A stretch of 64,000 nucleotides of DNA from assembly GCA_963812015.1 (NCBI GenBank), contig CAWETI010000002.1, positions 256,001-320,000 on the forward strand, read 5' to 3'. The notes below the pieces were generated by a model. That model did no database searches and was not told the origin of the DNA. It saw nothing but the letters and a program-made list of their open reading frames with translations. Positions 30,503 through 41,080 of this stretch are shown here, piece after piece. The DNA comes from an uncultured delta proteobacterium. GTDB taxonomy: Bacteria; Desulfobacterota; Desulfobaccia; Desulfobaccales; 0-14-0-80-60-11. Position 1 is the first letter of the stretch. The number at the start of each line of letters is the position of its first letter. A program made the translations under genes and the position numbers.

Positions 30503-31792
30503 ATGGCAGATACAGTTCCAGGAAAAGCATGGGTAGTTGTCTTTGCGGGCACCGCCGTCAACCTCTGTTTGGGTATCTTGTATGCGTGGAGCGTTTGGAC
30601 CAAATCCCTGATCGACGTCAAACTGGCCGGGCAGCCGATTACCGAGGGCTTGAATGCCGGTTGGACGTATCTGACCAACGCCGAAGCTGCTACGCCATTT
30701 TCGTTGTGCGTCATTATCTTTGCCTTATTGATGATCCCTGGAGGCCGTATCCAGGATAAATACGGGCCCAAGCTGGGTGCCATCGTCGGCGGTCTCTTTT
30801 TGGCGGTGGGATGCATCATCGCCGGTCTGACCAAGAGTTATGGCGGCCTGATCGTCGGCTTCGGCATCTTCGGCGGCATCGGCATGGGCATCGGTTATGC
30901 CGCGCCCACGCCGGCAGCGCTGTCCTGGTTCGGCCCTCACAAACGTGGCTTGGTCGCCGGTTTGGTGGTGGGCGGCTACGGCGGTGCAGCCCTCTATATC
31001 TCGCCTCTGGCAGCTTATCTGATCGGCCACGGCGGCGTAACTTACAGCTTCGTGTTCCTGGGTATCTTCTTTGCCGCAGTCGTCATCGTTGCCGGCAGTT
31101 TGCTGGCCAAGGCGCCTCCGGGTTATGTGGCCCCGTCGGCAGTGGTTAAGGCAGGCGCGGCCCCGGCCAAGGCCGCGGGCACCATCATCGACTGGGCTCC
31201 CAGCGAAATTCTCAAGAGCTGGCAGTGTTATGCCCTGATCCTGATGTTCATCGGCACCACCCAGTCGGGTCTGCTGATCATCGGTAATGCCGCCGGTATT
31301 CTAGCCACCGCCGCCAAAGGCGTCCCCTTCCTGGTGGCCAACGCCTGGATCCTGGTCTCTTATGGCGGCTTGGTCAATGCCTTGGGCCGGGTGGGCACCG
31401 GCATTTACTCCGATAAGATCGGCCGGGACAACGCCTACACCATCAACTGCCTGGTGTCGGCCGTTTGTCTTTTCCTGCTGCCTTCCATCATCGCCAGCCA
31501 TAACGTCTTCTTACTGTTCCTGGCGGTTGGTATCGCTTACTGGCAGTACGGCGGCGGCTTGTCCCTGATGCCCGCGTTTACCGCTGACTTTTTCGGCCCC
31601 AAAAACCTGGGCATGAACTACGGCATCGTGTTCCTGGGGTGGGGTCTCGGCTTCTTCATGACCCGTTTGGGCGGTTCCATTAAAGACTGGACCGGCACCC
31701 TGACCTGGGCCTTCATCCTGTCGGCCATCGTGCTGATTATCGCGGTGGTTATCGCCCGGGTCACCAAGCGGCCCATGCACGCCACTGAATAG
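30503..31792 (+). CDS. OFA-family MFS transporter (oxalate/formate antiporter-like)
   Basis: LGILYAWSV, GRIQDKYGP, GMGIGY, ADFFGPKNLGMNYG; 12 TM. Confidence 0.9.
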   Translation: MADTVPGKAWVVVFAGTAVNLCLGILYAWSVWTKSLIDVKLAGQPITEGLNAGWTYLTNAEAATPFSLCVIIFALLMIPGGRIQDKYGPKLGAIVGGLFLAVGCIIAGLTKSYGGLIVGFGIFGGIGMGIGYAAPTPAALSWFGPHKRGLVAGLVVGGYGGAALYISPLAAYLIGHGGVTYSFVFLGIFFAAVVIVAGSLLAKAPPGYVAPSAVVKAGAAPAKAAGTIIDWAPSEILKSWQCYALILMFIGTTQSGLLIIGNAAGILATAAKGVPFLVANAWILVSYGGLVNALGRVGTGIYSDKIGRDNAYTINCLVSAVCLFLLPSIIASHNVFLLFLAVGIAYWQYGGGLSLMPAFTADFFGPKNLGMNYGIVFLGWGLGFFMTRLGGSIKDWTGTLTWAFILSAIVLIIAVVIARVTKRPMHATE

Positions 31793-31873
31793 GGTTAACT
31801 TCTGCACCCGGCTTTACCTGCGCCCAGCCGATTAAGCTAACCTCTAAGGAACAGGCAAATCTGGGTCCATCTT

Positions 31874-31903
31874 AAGAAGGCAGGGAGGCATCCCTGCCTT
31901 CTT
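31874..31903 (+). terminator. Stem-loop terminator
   Basis: AAGAAGGCAGGGA-ggca-TCCCTGCCTTCTT. Confidence 0.65.
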
Positions 31904-31930
31904 CACGTTCTCAGAGGATAAAAATTATCC

Positions 31931-32581
31931 ATGACTCCTAATACTGCCTGGCCGGTGCCGTTCATCATTACTCCCCAGAATCTGGCCATTGACGCCGTGA
32001 CCTCCTTTTGCGTCTCTGTGCTTTTGGCGTTGATGGTCAATGCCGAGGCCCAGGCCTTTGTCAGCACCTTTCTGGGAGACAGCCGAACCGGGGCCAAAGA
32101 CCGCTTCCATTTCAACGCCTTCCTGCATATGGATATTTTAGGAGGGATCTGTTATCTGGTGGGTGGTTTCGGTTGGCCCCGAATGATTGATCTCGACCGC
32201 AGTAAGTTTAAACACCCCCGCCTGTATACGGTGATCGCTCGTTGCGCGGGGCCGGTGGCCAATCTCCTCCTGGCGGGGATCGCCGGCAGTCTCGTGGCCG
32301 TCATGAAATCCTTTGAATGGGACCCCCGGGTCTTTCTGATGGTGATCGGGGTCAACGTCACCACGGCTATCTACAATCTGATCCCCATACCGCCTCTGGC
32401 CTTAGGCTCTCTGGTCTGCGAGTTATTGCCACAGGATCGCGCCAAAGCCATCCTGGCCCAGATCGGACCCTACCTCATCATCGCCCTGGTCCTGCTGGAG
32501 CGCATCACTCACCAGGGCATCATCAGCCCGTATATCGACCCTCTGGTCAAGACGATATTCGCCTATTTCGGGAGTCCTTAG
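31931..32581 (+). CDS. Site-2 protease (M50)-like membrane protein with degenerate active site
   Basis: LGD, GFGW, AGPVANL and NLIPIPPL present; HExxH and DG absent. Confidence 0.8.
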   Translation: MTPNTAWPVPFIITPQNLAIDAVTSFCVSVLLALMVNAEAQAFVSTFLGDSRTGAKDRFHFNAFLHMDILGGICYLVGGFGWPRMIDLDRSKFKHPRLYTVIARCAGPVANLLLAGIAGSLVAVMKSFEWDPRVFLMVIGVNVTTAIYNLIPIPPLALGSLVCELLPQDRAKAILAQIGPYLIIALVLLERITHQGIISPYIDPLVKTIFAYFGSP

Positions 32582-32794
32582 GCTGTGTGACGGGATTGTC
32601 TCCCAGGTTTCTTCGGAAACGGGCGCGCCAATACGTCCCGGTAACATCGCGGTGAAGTAGTCAGGGGTTTGGGCCATATACTGATTGCTCCCCCAGGTTT
32701 GGGGCTGACCCTATTTTTTCGCTTCTTCCTTGTTCTGCCGCATTACCTGGGTGATCAACACCTCGACGTCCCGCTGCAAGATCGCTTCCACCTG

Positions 32795-32875
32795 GGCGGC
32801 ACCTGTATGGCCCCGGGTGCGGGTGGCCTATAACCCAAGGCACGGTGAGGCCTTACCGTAATGTATTCCCGCCGG
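32795..32875 (-). mobile_element. IS3-family transposase C-terminal remnant
   Basis: RREYITVRPHRALGYRPPAP; nucleotide match to 45519-45600. Confidence 0.8.
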
Positions 32876-33145
32876 TTGAATCCCATAAATTGGCAAAGCC
32901 CAAGACCTTTGGATTCAGCGGAATCGGGTATTGATTGATAAATTGCTACGAGGAATGGGCTCGCTGACATGAAAATCAGGTTTTTGGAAGCCAAATATCA
33001 TTGATTTTCCTATTGAATGCATGAATCTAATCTGGTTTATTAGGGATGTCCATCAGGTTATAAGATTATGCTTATCTCTCATAATAATGAACAATAATTT
33101 AGATCTATGCATTAATCTCATGGGCTCCTGGAGACAAAAAACCCT

Positions 33146-34606
33146 ATGGTAACCAGATCTAAAATAATTTTTTCCTCTCTCGCCATCTTTTTGCTAGCAA
33201 TATTAAATATTATCTTTTTTTATATATTTAATATAATTATTGATTATTTGCATTTAGCATACAAAATTAATATTGATTACCCTATTTCATTAATTATTTC
33301 AGCTTTTCTTATTGCGATAATTGCTTATTACGCAATAAATAAATTATCGATCAATTCTATCTTAATAAGTGAAAAAAATATAATCGAAAAGAAACTTAAA
33401 CAAGCTCTAAGTGAAATCAAGAAAGCAAATAGCAACTTATTACTTGAAATAGCAGAGCGAAATACTATAGAAAAAGATCTTATTGAAAGTGAGGAGCAGA
33501 TAAGAACAATCATTCAAAAAGCTCCAACTGGCATAGCTTTATTAGATAAAGATGGGTGGATATTGGAGTGCAATTCTGCTTTACAAAATATGCTCGGTTA
33601 TGATCACGATGAATTAAGTGGAGTGCTTTTTGTACAAGCCATCCATCCTCAAGATGTTGTTCTCTATAAGAATAAATTTACTGAATTGATTAATGGAAGC
33701 AGTGATATATATCGAATAGATAGCCGATACATACACAGGGAATTTCGTGAAGTATGGGGTTCCCTTTCTGCATCCGTTGTAAGAGATGTGAAAGGACAGC
33801 CTCAATTTGTCATTGCTATGGTGGAAGATATTACGACAAAACATCAAGCGGAAGAGAAAATCGTTAATTACCAGAAACAACTCCAATCCTTGACCTCAGA
33901 ATTATCCCTTATTGAAGAGCGGGAACGACGACGTCTTGCCAGCAATCTCCATGACCATGTCGGCCAAGTGCTAACTTTGATTGGCATAAAAATAGATGAA
34001 CTGTATAACACAGTATCGGTCACCACTTGTGGTCCTCTCATAGAAGAAATCAGTAGTCTGATTAAGCAAACCATAAAATGTATACGATCTTTAATTTTCG
34101 AACTCAGTCCACCTATTCTTTACGATTTAGGGCTCGAGGAAGCAATAGAATGGTTGGCCGAGCATTTTGTAAAGGAATATGGCCTTAAAATTCAAGTGAA
34201 CAAGGATGAGCAGTTAAAGCCCCTGAAGACCGAAGGAAATATAATTCTCTTCCAAGCGGTAAAAGAATTGTTATTTAACATCGTCAAGCATGCACAAGCA
34301 ACTACTGCGATAATATATATTCAAAGAGCTTGTAATGATCTGCGTATTATAGTGGAAGACGATGGAATAGGTTTCGAAACTAATTTAATTGACCATAAAC
34401 AACATAAATTAAAAGGCTTCGGACTATTTAGTATTTATGAAAGATTAGAATATTATGGTGGCAGTATGATAATAAGCTCAAATAATACTCAAGGGACTAA
34501 AATAACATTATTAATGCCAATGATAACTACTACTGGAGAAGAATTGCAGGATATTTTAGAAAAATCTAAAAGTTCGTATTCTGGTAGTAGTTTTGGGAAG
34601 GTGTGA
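33146..34606 (+). CDS. Membrane PAS sensor histidine kinase (HisKA_3 type), low GC
   Basis: Two TM, PAS/PAC, ERRRLASNLHD, NIVKHA, DDGIG, GFGL. Confidence 0.92.
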   Translation: MVTRSKIIFSSLAIFLLAILNIIFFYIFNIIIDYLHLAYKINIDYPISLIISAFLIAIIAYYAINKLSINSILISEKNIIEKKLKQALSEIKKANSNLLLEIAERNTIEKDLIESEEQIRTIIQKAPTGIALLDKDGWILECNSALQNMLGYDHDELSGVLFVQAIHPQDVVLYKNKFTELINGSSDIYRIDSRYIHREFREVWGSLSASVVRDVKGQPQFVIAMVEDITTKHQAEEKIVNYQKQLQSLTSELSLIEERERRRLASNLHDHVGQVLTLIGIKIDELYNTVSVTTCGPLIEEISSLIKQTIKCIRSLIFELSPPILYDLGLEEAIEWLAEHFVKEYGLKIQVNKDEQLKPLKTEGNIILFQAVKELLFNIVKHAQATTAIIYIQRACNDLRIIVEDDGIGFETNLIDHKQHKLKGFGLFSIYERLEYYGGSMIISSNNTQGTKITLLMPMITTTGEELQDILEKSKSSYSGSSFGKV

Positions 34607-34938
34607 TACTTTAAGGACGGCGTTCGCTTTTTGCAAATATTACCGTTGAGCTTTTTGTCTAAGCGCACATCAAGTTAGGGCGGCTCTCCGTTGTATAAGT
34701 AAGCCGGCACTATCTTGCCACTCTCAAGAATTTATTAACAAATTTAATAGTTGTAGGACTGGTCTCAATAGCCTTCGCAAACATTAGCGCCAATTAATTA
34801 TCCTCGGAATCTTCCTATAGCCTGATATTAAAATCAGGGTTTTTATGACGATAATCTTCTATTCTCCCTATTGAAGAATTTAACTTCATAATATTCAATA
34901 GGAATATAGTGATAAAAAATAAAATTCTAGGAGAATAC

Positions 34939-35586
34939 ATGAGCCTAAAAGTTCTGATTGCCGACGATCATCGGATTATCCGGGAGGGTCTGCGGGCAAT
35001 GCTCGAAAAAGAGCCTGATATCAAAGTGGTGGGGGATGCGGCGGATGGCCGGGTGGCGCAACTGCTGGCTCGCGATCTAAACCCTGATGTAGTTATCATG
35101 GATGTAAACATGCCGGAATTAAATGGTATCGAGGCTACTCGCCAAATTGCGGCCGAGTTGCGCGGGGTAAAAATCATTGCTCTTTCCATGCATGAAGATC
35201 GGCGTTTTGTTTTGAACATGCTCAAGGCCGGGGCGTCTGGTTATATGCTGAAGGATGATGCATTTAGAAATTTAGCTAAGGCGGTCCGGATGGTGGTAGC
35301 AAATAAAACCTATCTTAGCCATGAGATAACCGAGCTCTTGGAAAACAACTACCAGACATTGCCCATCTCTCTGGAATCTGCTGATTGTCAATTGCTCTCT
35401 TGCAGAGAACGGGAAGTCCTCCAACTTGTTGCCGAAGGCAAGACTTCCAATCAAATTGCTGACAGCCTCCACATCAGTGTAAAGACAGTAGAAACTCATC
35501 GTGGCCAGCTCATAGCGAAATTAAAGGTCAAGAGCATTGCTGAGCTGACCAAGTATGCCATCCGTGAAGGATTGACCTCTGCATAA
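34939..35586 (+). CDS. NarL/LuxR-family response regulator
   Basis: IADDH, MDVNMP, LSCREREVLQL, SVKTVETHR. Confidence 0.94.
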   Translation: MSLKVLIADDHRIIREGLRAMLEKEPDIKVVGDAADGRVAQLLARDLNPDVVIMDVNMPELNGIEATRQIAAELRGVKIIALSMHEDRRFVLNMLKAGASGYMLKDDAFRNLAKAVRMVVANKTYLSHEITELLENNYQTLPISLESADCQLLSCREREVLQLVAEGKTSNQIADSLHISVKTVETHRGQLIAKLKVKSIAELTKYAIREGLTSA

Positions 35587-35922
35587 TCTTGCCAATGGGG
35601 CCTCATGACCTTTGAAAGGGATAAAACGTTGTCTTCGCTGGTGGCAATGTATCTTGTCTTTATCATAAGTTCTCAAACATACCAGTGCGTTATAAATATG
35701 ATCGCCCTATCGAAACGGGTCATATGGTCATGGTTCCACCCTAAACCGGGTCCCCTTACAGAGTCAGGGACTTATCGTTTAAAATCGGGCCTTCAAACGG
35801 CTCTGCACTGCGGAAAAATCTTAAAAAGCTAGCACGGCCCCGCCCCGCCTAAATGATTGGGGTTCAAAAGTGTTGGGGTTCAAACCGATGGGGATTTGTG
35901 GGGTTATATTGCCCAGCCCAGG

Positions 35923-35985
35923 TGACCTGCCCCCCGTAGTTGTACCAAGTCTTTAAGTTAGTCTGGGGGTCACAGCAATGGCGTG
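35923..35985 (-). mobile_element. IS3-family right-end remnant
   Basis: TGACCTGCCCCCCGTAGTTGTACCAAGTCTTTAAGTTAG is an inverted near-copy of 45657-45694. Confidence 0.8.
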
Positions 35986-36607
35986 CGAGGCCCTGCAATA
36001 CATGGAGTCATATAAAGGGGGAGGTGCGGCATTGATTACCCTTCATATCAGTAATCAGGTTTGGAGTCCTGAAAACTGCGGCCAAGGGCCGGGCATGGCG
36101 GCTGCTGGCCGAGGGAGACGAACCTATCCCCCAGGGCCGTTGAAGCTGAGGGTACGCTTGCGCTCTGGGCGCGATAACCGTGGAAACTTTACCCCCACGG
36201 TCGTAGGGACAACGGCAGCCGAAAAACGACGGTGGGGCCAGCCAACAAAGAGCACATATGGATAAAGTATCAAAGCGTTTTGGGAGTACCCAAAAGGGCG
36301 TATACATAGCAGTGATCGACACTGTAGCTTGTAGGCAAAATGTCGACTCTGTCAGAAATAAAAATCAGATTAGTTTCGGTATAAGGCAATATTGGGTGCG
36401 GAATGGCCCAGCCCGAAAAATCAAGAAATTGCTTCAAGGAGGCGGAAAGCATAAACCTTCAGGCAGACCGGGCCAATCGCATTCTGAATTGTGTCTATCG
36501 AGCATGGATTTAAAACGAATATTAAAAACATCGATACGGCTGCCTCCCTGGAATGATGGGATAGATAGCGCCATGTCGGCTGCGTGGGGAGTGCGTTGTA
36601 CGTCCCT

Positions 36608-37360
36608 TTACCACAGGCCGGCCTGCCTCAGGTCTGCGAATGGGCCCCCGAAGTAGCTGCAGTTCCAGAAAGCCGTGTGGGCGATCTCCTCCGCGACTTT
36701 CCGGGCCATCTCCGGATTGTCGGCAAAGACCACGATCCGCGTCCCCTTGTCGGTGTAAGGCAGACGCCCATCTTCATTCGCCACCTTAACCTCTCCCGCC
36801 TGGACGTTCACCGCCCCGGGGACAGTCCCTTTGGCGAATTCCTCCTTGGGGCGGGCATCAACCCATACGGCGGTTTTGTCCTTTGGAAAGATGTATTTAC
36901 AACCTGCCATATCCGTCTGCACGGAATTGCCGTACGCCCTCCAAACCGGCATGCCCATCTGGTAGCGTTTGATGTTAGTGTAGCCCTTCGTGAACAGTTG
37001 TTCGGCCACTCGCTTGACTTTGTGGCAATACGGCCCATTGCAGTAAATTACCATGCCCGCCTTCTTGTCGGGGAGGAGCTGCATCAGTTTATCCATATCC
37101 TTTTCATAGATATGGATGCTGCCGGGGATATGGGCGATGGCATACTCTTTGGATGTGCGCACGTCAACCACGGGTTCGGATTTGTTGGCCAGAATCTGCT
37201 TCAATTCCTCCGTGGAAATCTCTACGCCGACCCCGGCAGGTTCCTTCGGCGCAACTGTCTGTGGCATTTGCGCCGGCGCTGGTGCAGGCACAAGCAGACA
37301 AAGTAGAAATAATAATACTGCTGCCATGGTCCAATTGAATTTTCTCCGATATCCGAACAT
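36608..37360 (-). CDS. Exported tandem rhodanese-domain protein
   Basis: Signal peptide; VDVR..EY..AHIPGS, YCNGPYC, second domain VDAR..EF..GTVPGA. Confidence 0.88.
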   Translation of the reverse strand: MFGYRRKFNWTMAAVLLFLLCLLVPAPAPAQMPQTVAPKEPAGVGVEISTEELKQILANKSEPVVDVRTSKEYAIAHIPGSIHIYEKDMDKLMQLLPDKKAGMVIYCNGPYCHKVKRVAEQLFTKGYTNIKRYQMGMPVWRAYGNSVQTDMAGCKYIFPKDKTAVWVDARPKEEFAKGTVPGAVNVQAGEVKVANEDGRLPYTDKGTRIVVFADNPEMARKVAEEIAHTAFWNCSYFGGPFADLRQAGLW

Positions 37361-37644
37361 CGTTATTCCTCCTCAGCATTTTCTCCCCTTGTGATCAGGA
37401 GCCTTTGGCCTCCGGCAACCCTCTTTTCTGCCATTCCGGAAAGCCGTGGGGATCACGGTAAACGTTCTGATAGCCAAGCTTGACAGCCACCCGGGCTGCG
37501 GAGTCGCTCCGGACTCAGGCAAGGCCAGCTCATTAAAAGACCACCTTGCCAGGTTGGACGCAATGAAAAATTAACCACGCCAGGGATATGGCCGATGGCG
37601 AATTACGCCGCCTGCCGCACCCCACAATAAAATAAATTGCACCT

Positions 37645-37956
37645 TCAAACCACCCCCCCACTTCCATGGCGGAAATGTGGTCGCGGCCCCTCGGTCTGGG
37701 CGCTGCCCAGGAGGGACTTCCCCAAGGCCGCGGCAAAGGCCCCCGTATAACTGATTTTGACCCCGGTTTTCTGCTCATAGAGTTGATTGGCGGGCATCAT
37801 GGCTTCGGCCAGGCCCCCGCAGGACCAGACCTGCAAATGATCCACGGCAAACTTCTGCGCCTGGGCCAGGTTCAAGGGCAACGCCGCCCCGACCACCGTC
37901 ATGGCCGCAGTTTTAATAAAGTCTCGTCTGCCGGGATAATCCTGATGTTGTTTCAT
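37645..37956 (-). pseudogene. Truncated Tat-exported solute-binding protein (ModA/WtpA-like N-terminus)
   Basis: RRDFIK Tat motif and LQVWSCGGLAEA; family-like sequence ends after about 88 aa. Confidence 0.65.
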
Positions 37957-39181
37957 TCCTTCTCCTTGCTTGGTTGTCTGACAATCACTGCCATTAATAC
38001 TCCTTTGTGGTTTAGTGTAGCCTCACCTTAACAAGCCAAAGCAAGGGAAGACGTGACCTGCTGATCCCGGAAATGGACCATGTCGATGGCCCGTTCAAGG
38101 AAACCACGAAGGTTTTGTCCATCTGGGCGATGGGCCGACCATTGCGGGCAGTCTTCTTCCATCGTGGCGCAGCACTAGGCAAGCGCGCCGCAACGCAGAA
38201 ATATCAAAATTAATCAGGTAGTTATTGAATTAGAGACCACAGGTTGGATGGGATTAACAGGGATAGTAACTTGGGGAGGTCTTACCTTACAGAAGGAAAC
38301 GCCGGACTTGTGCAGCTAATCCGAAGGAAACCTCGATCCCAGGTGATCCGCCCCACCCCTTACCAGTCTGGATACTAGCAAGAGCCTTACCAAGGCTCTG
38401 CGGTCGCCTGAGCTTCAGGATTTCACCTTAATGGGAATAAACGGCCGATACACCCGGAACCACCTCCTTTTCTAAAGTTCGCTTCATTGTAGGGTGATAG
38501 GATATGCCATTCAACAATTTTCTTGTCTGCTCATCAGCCAACCTGGTTCCTCCCTCCCCGTGAAAAGGAAGGCATTTGAACAGCCACCCTCAGGCTGGTT
38601 GCATAACTGTCCCAAAACCCGATGGCAGGGGGAAGCCTATAACCCTTTGTGAAATAACTATTGCATTTGTTTGGCACTCGGTTTTATAATGCTTCCCATC
38701 CTCAACAAAGGAGGTGATTCCCAGGTGCTACGTTTGCTCTTCCCCGGTTCCGGCAGATCCTGAACCCAGGTTTACCGAGAGGCCTTGGTAAGGCTCTCGC
38801 CATCAGCCCGACTGAGAACCGCAGGGGCGCCTGGGAGTAAAGAAATCTAAGTACGGTTTTCCCCGTTTCATTCCCTTCTTTAACCTCGCCGCCATTCCCT
38901 GCCCTTCTCAGAACGGCAGATTCCAACCTTGGGCCTAAGTCAGACGAGCGCCGCTTTCTGTAGGGCGGGGTATCTGGCAACTGCCAAAATCTGTAGACCA
39001 CCGGAAGCGCCAAGCACAGATCGTTGAAATTTGTTTGCCCGTGGGTTTTAAGGTATGACCAACCTCAACTTGAGGAGGATCTTAGGAGAGAAAAATTCAT
39101 AAGGTTCAACCGGTGCATCCGCGCTAACAAGGCGTCAAGGAGGGAAAAACTCCCGACCTCACCTATTACAATGGAGGATCT

Positions 39182-40417
39182 ATGAAGGATCACGAATCAG
39201 ATCTGGTCCCCAGGCATTTAGGAATGGTATCGCGGCGAGATTTTTTGAAGTTCTGCACCATTGCGGCGGTGGGCATGGGGCTGCCCCTGGGCATGGGAGC
39301 CAAAATCGCCGAAGCAGTTGCCAACCTCAAGCGTCCGCCGGTCATTTGGCTCTCCGGCCAGGAGTGCACCGGCTGTACTGAAACCCTGCTACGCTCCACC
39401 CACCCCACGGTGGAGCAGCTGATCCTCGATCTCATCTCCCTCGATTATCACGAAACGCTGAGCACGCCTTCGGGCCACCTGGCGGAAGAAGCCAGGGCGA
39501 AATCCATTGCGGAAAACCAGGGTAAGTTCATCCTGGTGACGGACGGCTCTATTCCCACCAAGGACGGCGGTATCTACTGCCAGATCGGCGGCCGGCCGGT
39601 GCTGGACATCTTGAGAGAGACCGCCCCCCAGGCCATGGCCGTGATCGCCATCGGCTCCTGTGCCTCTTGGGGCGGCATCCCCTCGGCCTCTCCCAACCCC
39701 ACCGGCGCCGTGTCCACCGCCGAGGCCCTGGGCGGCAAATTTACCGTGATCAATATCCCGGGCTGCCCGCCCAACCCTTATAACTTCCTGTCCACCGTGC
39801 TCTATGTCCTGACCTTCAAAAAACTGCCCGAGCTGGACGATAAGGCCCGGCCCAAATTTGCCTATCGCCGCCTCATCCACGAGGGCTGCGAGCGGCGGGC
39901 GCATTTCGACGCCGGTCGCTTTGCCCTGGAGTTCGGCGACGACGGCCATCGTCGGGGTTGGTGTCTCTACAAACTGGGGTGCAAGGGGCCTGAGACCTAT
40001 AACAACTGCCCCGAGCAACTCTTCGGCGACGTCGGTCCCCGGAGCTGGCCGGTGGGCACCGGCTGCCCCTGCTTCGGCTGCTCCGAGAAGGGCGTGGGCT
40101 TTACCAAGCCCATACCTGAACAGGCCAGCCTGGCGTATTTCACCCCGGCGGGTTTACCCTTGGAGGAGGGTAAAGTCCGGGTAGGGGGCGGGGAGCTGCG
40201 CCTGACTCCGCCCACCGCCTTTGCGCCCATTCAGGCCCCCGAGGGGCATGGCGTTACTACCGCGGCCGTGGGCCTGGCGGCCGGTTTGGCCGGCCTGGCT
40301 GTGGGCGCCGGCGCGGTTGCCGCCATGAAGCTGGGCAAAGAAAAATCGGACCCCGGAGCGGTTCTGTCAAATGAAAGAGGCCGTTGTGCCGGTGGGCCGC
40401 GAGACTTGTGGCGATGA
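39182..40417 (+). CDS. Membrane-bound [NiFe]-hydrogenase small subunit (HybO-like)
   Basis: SRRDFLKFC Tat signal, ECTGC, GSCASWGG, PGCPP, WCLYKLGCKGP, CFGC, C-terminal TM. Confidence 0.93.
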   Translation: MKDHESDLVPRHLGMVSRRDFLKFCTIAAVGMGLPLGMGAKIAEAVANLKRPPVIWLSGQECTGCTETLLRSTHPTVEQLILDLISLDYHETLSTPSGHLAEEARAKSIAENQGKFILVTDGSIPTKDGGIYCQIGGRPVLDILRETAPQAMAVIAIGSCASWGGIPSASPNPTGAVSTAEALGGKFTVINIPGCPPNPYNFLSTVLYVLTFKKLPELDDKARPKFAYRRLIHEGCERRAHFDAGRFALEFGDDGHRRGWCLYKLGCKGPETYNNCPEQLFGDVGPRSWPVGTGCPCFGCSEKGVGFTKPIPEQASLAYFTPAGLPLEEGKVRVGGGELRLTPPTAFAPIQAPEGHGVTTAAVGLAAGLAGLAVGAGAVAAMKLGKEKSDPGAVLSNERGRCAGGPRDLWR

Positions 40418-40569
40418 CGCGCCGCTTAAAACCGGTGGCGTTTATGGCGCAACCCCCTTGATTTCCGCTTAAAATCGCCAAGGGACCAGCCATGCAACGG
40501 AACAGAGAGAAAGCCGGCTGGTCCGCTAACGGCTAGGCTTCTATCCCGGATGTACCTTGACATAGTTTT

Positions 40570-40628
40570 GTAGGGGCGCACCCGCGTGTGCGCCCTCAAT
40601 CAGGGCGGACACATGGGTCCGCCCCTAC
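40570..40628. repeat. GTAG-type REP doublet
   Basis: GTAGGGGCGCAC..GTGCGCCCT / AGGGCGGAC..GTCCGCCCCTAC. Confidence 0.75.
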
Positions 40629-40690
40629 GAAAAGTGTTAAATACTTTTTAAAGGAAAATTTGGGACACGGCACCAGGGGGACGCGGCATT

Positions 40691-41080
40691 TTACCATGCA
40701 GCCGGTCCCCCCAGGGAGTGGCGGACTTTCTCCCGGAGAGAGAGGACGCGGATGGATTCCTGAAGACAGCCCAGGGAGACGTGGAGGGAATGGGACTCTT
40801 CGGCCTTGCGGAAGAGGCGGTCCAGGCGGACCTCCAGGAGGGCCAATTTTTCCAGGAAGGCGGAGGCCTGGGACTGATCGGCCTGGCGCTGCTGGAGCAC
40901 CAGTTGATGGCGGAGATGCTTGGTATGGCGGCAGAGGGCCGAGGCACTGAGGCCATGGGTGGCGGCCAGGGTGCGGAGGGGCAGGCCATCGATGAGGGCG
41001 CGGTCGATCTCCGGGCGGGAGGGGTGATTACAGACGGTACAGCGGGCAGACTGATGGGCGGGGCCGTAATGTTTCGCCAT
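40691..41080 (-). CDS. Hypothetical CxxC + HTH-like protein
   Basis: CTVCNHP..EIDRAL..G..LRTLA..HGLSASALCRH; GAGGAG RBS. Confidence 0.65.
   Translation of the reverse strand: MAKHYGPAHQSARCTVCNHPSRPEIDRALIDGLPLRTLAATHGLSASALCRHTKHLRHQLVLQQRQADQSQASAFLEKLALLEVRLDRLFRKAEESHSLHVSLGCLQESIRVLSLREKVRHSLGGPAAW

Noticed and set aside
35978..36600. Several short ORFs between the IS end and the rhodanese gene
   Set aside because: No recognisable motifs or consistent strand; cannot be supported.
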